Assembly (NCBI GenBank): GCA_964016885.1
Contig: OZ024740.1
Coordinates: 43,586,001-43,650,000 of the forward strand
Direction: 5' to 3'
Source of the DNA: Eledone cirrhosa
Lineage: Eukaryota
DNA length: 64,000 bases
Each line of letters opens with the position of its first letter. The stretch's first letter is position 1. Below are positions 1-11,505 of this stretch, piece by piece. The position numbers were made by a program, and so were the translations under genes. The notes beneath the pieces are model-generated. The model was not told the DNA's origin. It did no database searches and saw only the letters and a list, made by a program, of their open reading frames with translations.

Positions 1-258
1 GGTAGTAGGTGTAAAATATTCTTAAGGTCCCATTTCGGTCACTCGCGACACCTTCAAATCTTTGTCACTAATTCAATTTTTGATAGAATTGGATGCGGCT
101 TTTTGCACTTTATAGGACCACAGATAAGCTACTTTTTTACATAAAAATATTGAAATTTTGTTCAGTAGAAAAAAAGTTACATGAAAATAAGTAACGCTTA
201 GTTTGTTTCTAATTTCTAATACATTAAAATAGTGATAGATTGTGCAATAGTGTATTGT

Positions 259-331
259 GGTCAGGTAGCTCAGTCGGTAGAGCAGCGGACCGGCAATCCG
301 AAGGTCGTGGGTTTGATTCCCACCCTGATTA
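259..331 (+). pseudogene. tRNA-like sequence (degenerate tRNA or tRNA-derived SINE head); anticodon position reads GGC
   Basis: Cloverleaf by eye: GGTCAGG/CCTGATT acceptor, GCTC/GAGC D stem with A box TAGCTCAGTCGG, CGGA/TCCG anticodon stem, GTGGG/CCCAC T stem, followed by TTTT. C33 instead of U33, T loop TTTGATT instead of TTCGA, and no G3:U70, so it is unlikely to be a functional tRNA-Ala. Confidence 0.6.
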
Positions 332-406
332 CTTTTCCTATCTGCACTTCTTCCTATTCATTATTATTTATTTAACTTATTTGTTGATAGATATTTTTAA
401 TATTAA

Positions 407-666
407 TCCTAAACCGACGGTAGTCGGTTTAGTAATATTGTTGTCTTAGTGATTTCGTTGGCAATCGTCTCTTTACAGCATTATTAGAATGTCTTCCGAT
501 TATCAAAATCACAAGAAAGTTATATGAGCATGGAGAGTAAATCATTGCACATCTCTTAAGCTAAAAATCTCGAAATTTCGTTCAGCACAAAAAAAGTTAT
601 GATCAAAGTTTGCTGAAAAAAACTGTGTTCAAGTGAGTAAGTGAGTGAGTAAGGGTGACGCTCTGT
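407..666. repeat. Left copy of a ~260-bp direct duplication flanking the satellite array
   Basis: Matches 8107-8367 with about 3 differences. Starts with the hairpin CTAAACCGAC-GGTA-GTCGGTTTAG and ends after GTGAGTAA-type short repeats. Confidence 0.9.
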
Positions 667-682
667 TATATATATTTATATT

Positions 683-715
<33 letters not shown>

Positions 716-784
716 ATATTTATATATTTATATTTATATATATATATATTTATATTTATATATATATATATTTATCTATATATT

Positions 785-820
<36 letters not shown>

Positions 821-854
821 TATATATATTTATATATATATTTATATATATATT

Positions 855-885
<31 letters not shown>

Positions 886-908
886 TTATATATATATATA
901 TATATATA
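667..908. repeat. Interrupted (TA)n/(TATATT)n microsatellite
   Basis: Direct reading; source of the spurious IYIYIY ORFs. Confidence 0.95.
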
Positions 909-1064
909 TTGGAATAAATGCTCTGAAATAGCGATATATATGTGAATATAGACATAGAATATTCGAAAATATTCTGTATGTTTATAATAAACATTTTGAA
1001 GACCTAATCGCTATAGAATAATACGTCACGTATTACAATTAGATTCTCGATAAAAGCAAGGGAA

Positions 1065-1723
1065 GTAATCTACGCGTTTCATTCTTGTTAGAAATCATCA
1101 GGACTACATATCCAGTGCTTTTATCGAGAATGACACAGCTAGAGACTTATAGAATACTTAGCTGTGTACAGGAACTGGTTTGAAAGAGCGGTTGCCGGTC
1201 CGGCAGAAATTAGAAATTGGAATAAATGCTCTGAAATAGCGATATATATGTGAATATAGACATAGAATATTCGAAAATATTCTGTATGTTTATAATAAAC
1301 ATTTTGAAGACCTAATCGCTATAGAATAATACGTCACGTATTACAATTAGATTCTCGATAAAAGCAAGGGAAGTAATCTACGCGTTTCATTCTTGTTAGA
1401 AATCATCAGGACTACATATCCAGTGCTTTTATCGAGAATGACACAGCTAGAGACTTATAGAATACTTAGCTGTGTACAGGAACTGGTTTGAAAGAGCGGT
1501 TGCCGGTCCGGCAGAAATTAGAAATTGGAATAAATGCTCTGAAATAGCGATATATATGTGAATATAGACATAGAATATTCGAAAATATTCTGTATGTTTA
1601 TAATAAACATTTTGAAGACCTAATCGCTATAGAATAATACGTCACGTATTACAATTAGATTCTCGATAAAAGCGAGGGAAGTAATCTACGCGTTTCATTC
1701 TTGTTAGAAATCATCAGGACTAC
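1065..1723 (-). ncRNA. Three minus-strand copies of the satellite hammerhead (1065-1107, 1373-1415, 1681-1723)
   Basis: Reverse complement of the motif at 2069-2111. Confidence 0.82.
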
Positions 1724-2068
1724 ATATCCAGTGCTTTTATCGAGAATGACACAGCTAGAGACTTATAGAATACTTAGCTGTGTACAGGAACTGGTTTGAA
1801 AGAGCGGTTGCCGGTCCGGCAGAAATTAGAAATTGGAATAAATGCTCTGAAATAGCGATATATATGTGAATATAGACATAGAATATTCGAAAATATTCTA
1901 TGTCTATATTCTATGTCTATATTCACATATATATCGCTATTTCAGAGCATTTATTCCAATTTCTAATTTCTGCCGGACCGGCAACCGCTCTTTCAAACCA
2001 GTTCCTGTACACAGCTAAGTATTCTATAAGTCTCTAGCTGTGTCATTCTCGATAAAAGCACTGGATAT

Positions 2069-2111
2069 GTAGTCCTGATGATTTCTAACAAGAATGAAAC
2101 GCGTAGATTAC
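2069..2111 (+). ncRNA. Minimal type I hammerhead ribozyme; first of 19 plus-strand copies at 2069+308k, last at 7613
   Basis: Stem I GTAGTC, core CTGATGA (2075-2081), stem II TTCT-AACA-AGAA, GAAAC-GC-GTA (palindromic stem III ACGCGT), stem I partner GATTAC. Predicted cleavage after GUA at 2105. Enclosed by the perfect 16-bp helix ATTCTCGATAAAAGCA/TGCTTTTATCGAGAAT. Confidence 0.85.
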
Positions 2112-5100
2112 TTCCCTTGCTTTTATCGAGAATCTAATTGTAATACGTGACGTATTATTCTATAGCGATTAGGTCTTCAAAATGTTTATTATAAACATAC
2201 AGAATATTTTCGAATATTCTATGTCTATATTCACATATATATCGCTATTTCAGAGCATTTATTCCAATTTCTAATTTCTGCCGGACCGGCAACCGCTCTT
2301 TCAAACCAGTTCCTGTACACAGCTAAGTATTCTATAAGTCTCTAGCTGTGTCATTCTCGATAAAAGCACTGGATATGTAGTCCTGATGATTTCTAACAAG
2401 AATGAAACGCGTAGATTACTTCCCTTGCTTTTATCGAGAATCTAATTGTAATACGTGACGTATTATTCTATAGCGATTAGGTCTTCAAAATGTTTATTAT
2501 AAACATACAGAATATTTTCGAATATTCTATGTCTATATTCACATATATATCGCTATTTCAGAGCATTTATTCCAATTTCTAATTTCTGCCGGACCGGCAA
2601 CCGCTCTTTCAAACCAGTTCCTGTACACAGCTAAGTATTCTATAAGTCTCTAGCTGTGTCATTCTCGATAAAAGCACTGGATATGTAGTCCTGATGATTT
2701 CTAACAAGAATGAAACGCGTAGATTACTTCCCTCGCTTTTATCGAGAATCTAATTGTAATACGTGACGTATTATTCTATAGCGATTAGGTCTTCAAAATG
2801 TTTATTATAAACATACAGAATATTTTCGAATATTCTATGTCTATATTCACATATATATCGCTATTTCAGAGCATTTATTCCAATTTCTAATTTCTGCCGG
2901 ACCGGCAACCGCTCTTTCAAACCAGTTCCTGTACACAGCTAAGTATTCTATAAGTCTCTAGCTGTGTCATTCTCGATAAAAGCACTGGATATGTAGTCCT
3001 GATGATTTCTAACAAGAATGAAACGCGTAGATTACTTCCCTTGCTTTTATCGAGAATCTAATTGTAATACGTGACGTATTATTCTATAGCGATTAGGTCT
3101 TCAAAATGTTTATTATAAACATACAGAATATTTTCGAATATTCTATGTCTATATTCACATATATATCGCTATTTCAGAGCATTTATTCCAATTTCTAATT
3201 TCTGCCGGACCGGCAACCGCTCTTTCAAACCAGTTCCTGTACACAGCTAAGTATTCTATAAGTCTCTAGCTGTGTCATTCTCGATAAAAGCACTGGATAT
3301 GTAGTCCTGATGATTTCTAACAAGAATGAAACGCGTAGATTACTTCCCTTGCTTTTATCGAGAATCTAATTGTAATACGTGACGTATTATTCTATAGCGA
3401 TTAGGTCTTCAAAATGTTTATTATAAACATACAGAATATTTTCGAATATTCTATGTCTATATTCACATATATATCGCTATTTCAGAGCATTTATTCCAAT
3501 TTCTAATTTCTGCCGGACCGGCAACCGCTCTTTCAAACCAGTTCCTGTACACAGCTAAGTATTCTATAAGTCTCTAGCTGTGTCATTCTCGATAAAAGCA
3601 CTGGATATGTAGTCCTGATGATTTCTAACAAGAATGAAACGCGTAGATTACTTCCCTTGCTTTTATCGAGAATCTAATTGTAATACGTGACGTATTATTC
3701 TATAGCGATTAGGTCTTCAAAATGTTTATTATAAACATACAGAATATTTTCGAATATTCTATGTCTATATTCACATATATATCGCTATTTCAGAGCATTT
3801 ATTCCAATTTCTAATTTCTGCCGGACCGGCAACCGCTCTTTCATACCAGTTCCTGTACACAGCTAAGTATTCTATAAGTCTCTAGCTGTGTCATTCTCGA
3901 TAAAAGCACTGGATATGTAGTCCTGATGATTTCTAACAAGAATGAAACGCGTATATTACTTCCCTTGCTTTTATCGAGAATCTAATTGTAATACGTGACG
4001 TATTATTCTATAGCGATTAGGTCTTCAAAATGTTTATTATAAACATACAGAATATTTTCGAATATTCTATGTCTATATTCACATATATATCGCTATTTCA
4101 GAGCATTTATTCCAATTTCTAATTTCTGCCGGACCGGCAACCGCTCTTTCAAACCAGTTCCTGTACACAGCTAAGTATTCTATAAGTCTCTAGCTGTGTC
4201 ATTCTCGATAAAAGCACTGGATATGTAGTCCTGATGATTTCTAACAAGAATGAAACGCGTAGATTACTTCCCTTGCTTTTATCGAGAATCTAATTGTAAT
4301 ACGTGACGTATTATTCTATAGCGATTAGGTCTTCAAAATGTTTATTATAAACATACAGAATATTTTCGAATATTCTATGTCTATATTCACATATATATCG
4401 CTATTTCAGAGCATTTATTCCAATTTCTAATTTCTGCCGGACCGGCAACCGCTCTTTCAAACCAGTTCCTGTACACAGCTAAGTATTCTATAAGTCTCTA
4501 GCTGTGTCATTCTCGATAAAAGCACTGGATATGTAGTCCTGATGATTTCTAACAAGAATGAAACGCGTAGATTACTTCCCTTGCTTTTATCGAGAATCTA
4601 ATTGTAATACGTGACGTATTATTCTATAGCGATTAGGTCTTCAAAATGTTTATTATAAACATACAGAATATTTTCGAATATTCTATGTCTATATTCACAT
4701 ATATATCGCTATTTCAGAGCATTTATTCCAATTTCTAATTTCTGCCGGACCGGCAACCGCTCTTTCAAACCAGTTCCTGTACACAGCTAAGTATTCTATA
4801 AGTCTCTAGCTGTGTCATTCTCGATAAAAGCACTGGATATGTAGTCCTGATGATTTCTAACAAGAATGAAACGCGTAGATTACTTCCCTTGCTTTTATCG
4901 AGAATCTAATTGTAATACGTGACGTATTATTCTATAGCGATTAGGTCTTCAAAATGTTTATTATAAACATACAGAATATTTTCGAATATTCTATGTCTAT
5001 ATTCACATATATATCGCTATTTCAGAGCATTTATTCCAATTTCTAATTTCTGCCGGACCGGCAACCGCTCTTTCAAACCAGTTCCTGTACACAGCTAAGT

Positions 5101-7777
5101 ATTCTATAAGTCTCTAGCTGTGTCATTCTCGATAAAAGCACTGGATATGTAGTCCTGATGATTTCTAACAAGAATGAAACGCGTAGATTACTTCCCTTGC
5201 TTTTATCGAGAATCTAATTGTAATACGTGACGTATTATTCTATAGCGATTAGGTCTTCAAAATGTTTATTATAAACATACAGAATATTTTCGAATATTCT
5301 ATGTCTATATTCACATATATATCGCTATTTCAGAGCATTTATTCCAATTTCTAATTTCTGCCGGACCGGCAACCGCTCTTTCAAACCAGTTCCTGTACAC
5401 AGCTAAGTATTCTATAAGTCTCTAGCTGTGTCATTCTCGATAAAAGCACTGGATATGTAGTCCTGATGATTTCTAACAAGAATGAAACGCGTAGATTACT
5501 TCCCTTGCTTTTATCGAGAATCTAATTGTAATACGTGACGTATTATTCTATAGCGATTAGGTCTTCAAAATGTTTATTATAAACATACAGAATATTTTCG
5601 AATATTCTATGTCTATATTCACATATATATCGCTATTTCAGAGCATTTATTCCAATTTCTAATTTCTGCCGGACCGGCAACCGCTCTTTCAAACCAGTTC
5701 CTGTACACAGCTAAGTATTCTATAAGTCTCTAGCTGTGTCATTCTCGATAAAAGCACTGGATATGTAGTCCTGATGATTTCTAACAAGAATGAAACGCGT
5801 AGATTACTTCCCTTGCTTTTATCGAGAATCTAATTGTAATACGTGACGTATTATTCTATAGCGATTAGGTCTTCAAAATGTTTATTATAAACATACAGAA
5901 TATTTTCGAATATTCTATGTCTATATTCACATATATATCGCTATTTCAGAGCATTTATTCCAATTTCTAATTTCTGCCGGACCGGCAACCGCTCTTTCAT
6001 ACCAGTTCCTGTACACAGCTAAGTATTCTATAAGTCTCTAGCTGTGTCATTCTCGATAAAAGCACTGGATATGTAGTCCTGATGATTTCTAACAAGAATG
6101 AAACGCGTATATTACTTCCCTTGCTTTTATCGAGAATCTAATTGTAATACGTGACGTATTATTCTATAGCGATTAGGTCTTCAAAATGTTTATTATAAAC
6201 ATACAGAATATTTTCGAATATTCTATGTCTATATTCACATATATATCGCTATTTCAGAGCATTTATTCCAATTTCTAATTTCTGCCGGACCGGCAACCGC
6301 TCTTTCAAACCAGTTCCTGTACACAGCTAAGTATTCTATAAGTCTCTAGCTGTGTCATTCTCGATAAAAGCACTGGATATGTAGTCCTGATGATTTCTAA
6401 CAAGAATGAAACGCGTAGATTACTTCCCTTGCTTTTATCGAGAATCTAATTGTAATACGTGACGTATTATTCTATAGCGATTAGGTCTTCAAAATGTTTA
6501 TTATAAACATACAGAATATTTTCGAATATTCTATGTCTATATTCACATATATATCGCTATTTCAGAGCATTTATTCCAATTTCTAATTTCTGCCGGACCG
6601 GCAACCGCTCTTTCAAACCAGTTCCTGTACACAGCTAAGTATTCTATAAGTCTCTAGCTGTGTCATTCTCGATAAAAGCACTGGATATGTAGTCCTGATG
6701 ATTTCTAACAAGAATGAAACGCGTAGATTACTTCCCTTGCTTTTATCGAGAATCTAATTGTAATACGTGACGTATTATTCTATAGCGATTAGGTCTTCAA
6801 AATGTTTATTATAAACATACAGAATATTTTCGAATATTCTATGTCTATATTCACATATATATCGCTATTTCAGAGCATTTATTCCAATTTCTAATTTCTG
6901 CCGGACCGGCAACCGCTCTTTCAAACCAGTTCCTGTACACAGCTAAGTATTCTATAAGTCTCTAGCTGTGTCATTCTCGATAAAAGCACTGGATATGTAG
7001 TCCTGATGATTTCTAACAAGAATGAAACGCGTAGATTACTTCCCTTGCTTTTATCGAGAATCTAATTGTAATACGTGACGTATTATTCTATAGCGATTAG
7101 GTCTTCAAAATGTTTATTATAAACATACAGAATATTTTCGAATATTCTATGTCTATATTCACATATATATCGCTATTTCAGAGCATTTATTCCAATTTCT
7201 AATTTCTGCCGGACCGGCAACCGCTCTTTCAAACCAGTTCCTGTACACAGCTAAGTATTCTATAAGTCTCTAGCTGTGTCATTCTCGATAAAAGCACTGG
7301 ATATGTAGTCCTGATGATTTCTAACAAGAATGAAACGCGTAGATTACTTCCCTTGCTTTTATCGAGAATCTAATTGTAATACGTGACGTATTATTCTATA
7401 GCGATTAGGTCTTCAAAATGTTTATTATAAACATACAGAATATTTTCGAATATTCTATGTCTATATTCACATATATATCGCTATTTCAGAGCATTTATTC
7501 CAATTTCTAATTTCTGCCGGACCGGCAACCGCTCTTTCAAACCAGTTCCTGTACACAGCTAAGTATTCTATAAGTCTCTAGCTGTGTCATTCTCGATAAA
7601 AGCACTGGATATGTAGTCCTGATGATTTCTAACAAGAATGAAACGCGTAGATTACTTCCCTTGCTTTTATCGAGAATCTAATTGTAATACGTGACGTATT
7701 ATTCTATAGCGATTAGGTCTTCAAAATGTTTATTATAAACATACAGAATATTTTCGAATATTCTATGTCTATATTCA

Positions 7778-7787
7778 TATATATATA

Positions 7788-7862
<75 letters not shown>

Positions 7863-7897
7863 ATTTATATATATATATATTTATATATATATATATT

Positions 7898-7934
<37 letters not shown>

Positions 7935-8106
7935 ATATTTATATATATTTATATATATATTTATATATATTTATATATATATATATTTATATATATATAT
8001 ATGTTTATATATATTTATATATATATATATGTTTATATATATTTATATATATATATATGTTTATATATATTTATATATATATATATGTTTATATATATTT
8101 ATATAT
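7778..8106. repeat. Interrupted (TA)n microsatellite
   Basis: Direct reading. Confidence 0.95.
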
Positions 8107-8367
8107 CCTAAACCGACGGTAGTCGGTTTAGTAATATTGTTGTCTTAGTGATTTCGTTGGCAATCGTCTCTTTTACAGCATTATTAGAATGTCTTCCGAT
8201 TATCAAAATCACATGAAAGTTATATGAGCATGGAGAGTAAATCATTGCACATCTCTTAAGCTAAAAATCTCGAAATTTCGTTCAGCACAAAAAAAGTTAT
8301 GATCAAAGTTTCCTGAAAAAAACTGTGTTCAAGTGAGTAAGTGAGTGAGTAAGGGTGACGCTCTGTG
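8107..8367. repeat. Right copy of the ~260-bp direct duplication
   Basis: Matches 407-666. Confidence 0.9.
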
Positions 8368-8407
8368 CATTTGATGCATCTCTTGGGACCGGTCAGAGGA
8401 GGATAAG

Positions 8408-8975
8408 GGGTTATTCGGGGTGCGGCGCTTATTCGAACCCTCCCCCAGTGACTGCGATTATTCGGGGTGAGACGCTTATTCGAACCCCCCCCCCCGCTTA
8501 TTCGAACCCTCCCCCCAGTGACTGCGATTATTCGGGGTGCGGCGCTTATTCGAACCCTCCCCCCAGTGACTGCGGTTATTCGGGGTGCGGCGCTTATTCG
8601 AACCCTCCCCCCAGTGACTGCGATTATTCGGGGTGCGGCGCTTATTCGAACCCTCCCCCCAGTGACTGCGGTTATTCGGGGTGCGGCGCTTATTCGAACC
8701 CTCCCCCCAGTGACTGCGATTATTCGGGGTGAGGCGCTTATTCGAACCCCCCCACCCCCCACCCCCCCACAGTGACTGCGGTTATTCGGGGTGCGGCGCT
8801 TATTCGAACCCCCCCCCCACAGTGACTGCGATTATTCGGGGTGAGGCGCTTATTCGAACCCTCCCCCAGTGACTGCTGTTATTTGGGGTGAGGGTCTTAT
8901 TCGAACCCCCCCTAGTGACTGCGGTTATTCGGGGTGCGGTGGTTATTTGAACCCCCCCCAGTGACTGCGGTTATT
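8408..8975. repeat. GC-rich 48-bp minisatellite (~11-12 copies)
   Basis: Unit CAGTGACTGCG(A/G)TTATTCGGGGTGCGGCGCTTATTCGAACCCTCCCCC; explains the 16-aa periodic ORFs. Confidence 0.93.
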
Positions 8976-9549
8976 TTTTTGAATTTGAATTTTAAATGTT
9001 GATACAATGTGGCAGTAAACATTAATCATTGAGCTAATTAGGAGCTATTATGTTCTCCTATCTCGCGATAAGTGGTCACACGTTGCAAACTAGTTGAGGT
9101 TGTCTTCTATTTATATTCAAATGAGTAATCACTCACTGCATTGTTCTCTTTCAAAGCAGTCGCTGATTGATATACTAGAAATTCAGAAAATCATTTGGAT
9201 TTGTACTAATAGTTGTGAATAGTTGTGCTATTTTTTGTACCGATAGGTGCGAGTAGTGAACTCATTTGCGATAGGTGCGAATAGTGTGCTCATTTGACAT
9301 ATGAAAATGACGTCTCTCGGCTTTTTTATCGGCTTATTTATTTTGACTATTACAAATGAAAAATTTGTTTCCCTGCAAAAGTCTCGCCAAAATGGTCGCA
9401 AAAAAAATCGCAAAAGGTCACTTCATACGTTTCGCGGCTTTCGAAAAAAGTCACCATATACGTTTCGCGGCTTTTTGATCGGCTTATTACTTTTTTGCCT
9501 GGCGCGAAAATGCAATACAGTTGTTTTTGGACTATGAACACTCAAATGA

Positions 9550-9885
9550 TGAAATCGACAAAAATGGCGTGTGAGAAGAAAATCAAAAAATTTGCATATG
9601 AAAAATCGACAAAAAATGGCGCGCGTGAAGAAAATACAAAAATCCAAAAAAAATTATCATGTGAAAAATTGACAAAAAATCGACAAAAATGGCGTGCGTG
9701 AAGAAAATCCAAAAATCCAAAAAAAAATTATCATGTGAAAAATTGACAAAAAATCGACAAAAATGGCGCGCGTGAAAAAAAATCAAAAAAACCCAAAAAA
9801 ATTTGCATGTGAAAAATTGACAAAAAATCGACCAAAAATGGCGCGCGTGAAAAAAATCCCAAAAAAATTTGCATGTGAAAATTGA
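9550..9885. repeat. Degenerate A-rich tandem repeat (~50-80-bp units)
   Basis: Recurring AAATCGACAAAAATGGCGCGCGTGAA and CATGTGAAAAATTGAC. Confidence 0.8.
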
Positions 9886-10351
9886 TATTTGCCTTCTATT
9901 GCATTAGAATTTGTCATGTTTAATTAAAATGTTATTTTCAACTAAATGCAAATGGTGCAAATTTGCTCCATTTAGATTCAGTTGTTAATGCTCACCTACT
10001 AATTTAAAAAAATTGTATTTTCTTAAATGACTCTTATTTATCATAAGTTAATATTTTTAAGATAGGTGAGTGCTCCACGATCTGACCTATGTCCCCGCCA
10101 TGTGGAGTGGATGCTTGTACCAATTAGATAAAATATCTCAACTTATTTCTGTGACTCCAATGCACAGGCTGACACTGTAGCTTGAATTAAATTCAAAATT
10201 GGTACAAGTAACTAAGAGGTCACAAAAGAATAGCTTCACTTTCACCTATAGTTTTCATTAACATCATTTTTGGGATTTTTTGATAGAAGTAACTAAAGTA
10301 ATAACTATTTAATTAAGTAGTTGTTGTTTGCATTGCCTTGAAAAATAGGAA

Positions 10352-11468
10352 ACTAGCTAGAAAAATGCGTACAGCAAAAAAAAGTAATATTGTTGGAACA
10401 AACCTTTAAAAATACAGGACAAGGAAGTAAGATAAACCTTTAAAAATACAGGACAAAGAACTAAGATAAAACTTTAAAAGAATAGGACAAGGAATATAAA
10501 TTTTTACAATAATATTAGTGGCAAAAATTTTATTGGAAAAATAGATAATTGATCAAATAAAAGTGATTTATTTGAGTAACATGAAATTACTTAATGAGAA
10601 ATATCAATACAATGAAATTGATCCCTGTCTTGTGTTCCTCCTCCAAGTCCGAGTTGTACCAACTGGTTCATTGGTTCATGAGGAAGTGGGCCAGGAAAAA
10701 TGTAGGAAAAGTCATCATGGTTCATTTCTGTTCTTCCCTTCTACTCGAGCCCCCTCAGCGCCTGCATCCCCCAGCTACAATGACTCCCAAATCAGCAGTC
10801 TGTTGCTCCTGCACCAACGCCTCCACCTCCTCCCCCCTCGTCGCCTGCTTCAACTTTCATCATTGCTGCGCCAACATGCCCAGTGCTGTCTGGAAGTGGT
10901 TCAACGAGTCCGGCGCCGGCTTCACCTGCTTCAAGTGCTCTCCCAGGAAGAAGCACTCTGCCCTATCCACCTGCCCTTCTACCACTGCCCATGAAGCCAG
11001 TCCGGAACCGTCAACCGTGCCTCAAAGTGTCATCGAGGACCAGCAGGATTCCGAGTCGAACACGGGCCCATTCACCTTGGTCACTCGCCGTCATCGTCCC
11101 AGAGTCAAGACCCGTACCCCTCCCTCTCCCCCTCCAGTTCCTGCTCCGACCCAGTCCGAGTTGCGCCGGGTCATCCGCGAGGAGTTGGACCGGGAAAGAT
11201 GACAGACAAGTGATCATGGTTGGAGTGGATGCATGCGGAACATCATAGTTGTAATTGGTGTAATGATGGAAACTCAATTTTTTACCAATTGAATTTTGCC
11301 ACTAATATTATTGTAAAAAATTATATTCCTTGTCCTATTCTTTTAAAGTTTTATCTTAGTTCTTTGTCCTGTATTTTTAAAGGTTTATCTTACTTCCTTG
11401 TCCTGTATTTTTAAAGGTTTGTTCCAACAATATTACTTTTTTTTGCTGTACGCATTTTTCTAGCTAGT
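10352..11468. mobile_element. Non-autonomous TIR element (~175-bp TIRs with ~32-bp subrepeats) carrying a captured GC-rich fragment
   Basis: 10352-10526 is the near-perfect reverse complement of ~11293-11468. Subrepeats read CTTTAAAAATACAGGACAAG. Confidence 0.8.
10740..11230 (+). pseudogene. Fragment of a PHD-finger-type LINE ORF1 (CR1/L2/Jockey-like)
   Basis: CCSC...C..FHHCC...FTCFKC degenerate PHD spacing, then a Pro-rich linker and VIREELDRER, continuing frameshifted into RQVIMVGV, which resembles the ORF1 RRxNVIIxG motif. Sharp GC contrast with the flanks. Confidence 0.55.
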
Positions 11469-11505
11469 ATAATATCCTTGCATTGCCTGGAAAAAAAGTG
11501 GATTA

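Larger units (their letters stand above)
909..7777. repeat. 308-bp tandem satellite carrying a hammerhead ribozyme in each unit (retrozyme-like): ~3.2 units in one orientation, then ~19 units inverted
   Basis: Marker GGAATAAATG at 911, 1219, 1527, 1835. After the switch at ~1895, TTATTCCAAT recurs every 308 bp from 1951 to 7495. Units are nearly identical. Confidence 0.97.

Noticed and set aside
407-436. Helentron/HINE terminus suggested by the 10-bp hairpin and GTGA repeats
   Set aside because: No matching subterminal inverted repeat or second end identified; left unassigned.
645-945. IYIYIY, CVCVCV and THTHTH ORFs here and throughout the window
   Set aside because: Translations of dinucleotide microsatellites.
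909-7777. CRISPR-like array
   Set aside because: Whole units are identical with no unique spacers, there are no cas genes, and the context is eukaryotic.
8256-8775. ORFs with 16-aa repeats
   Set aside because: By-product of the 48-bp minisatellite being a multiple of three.
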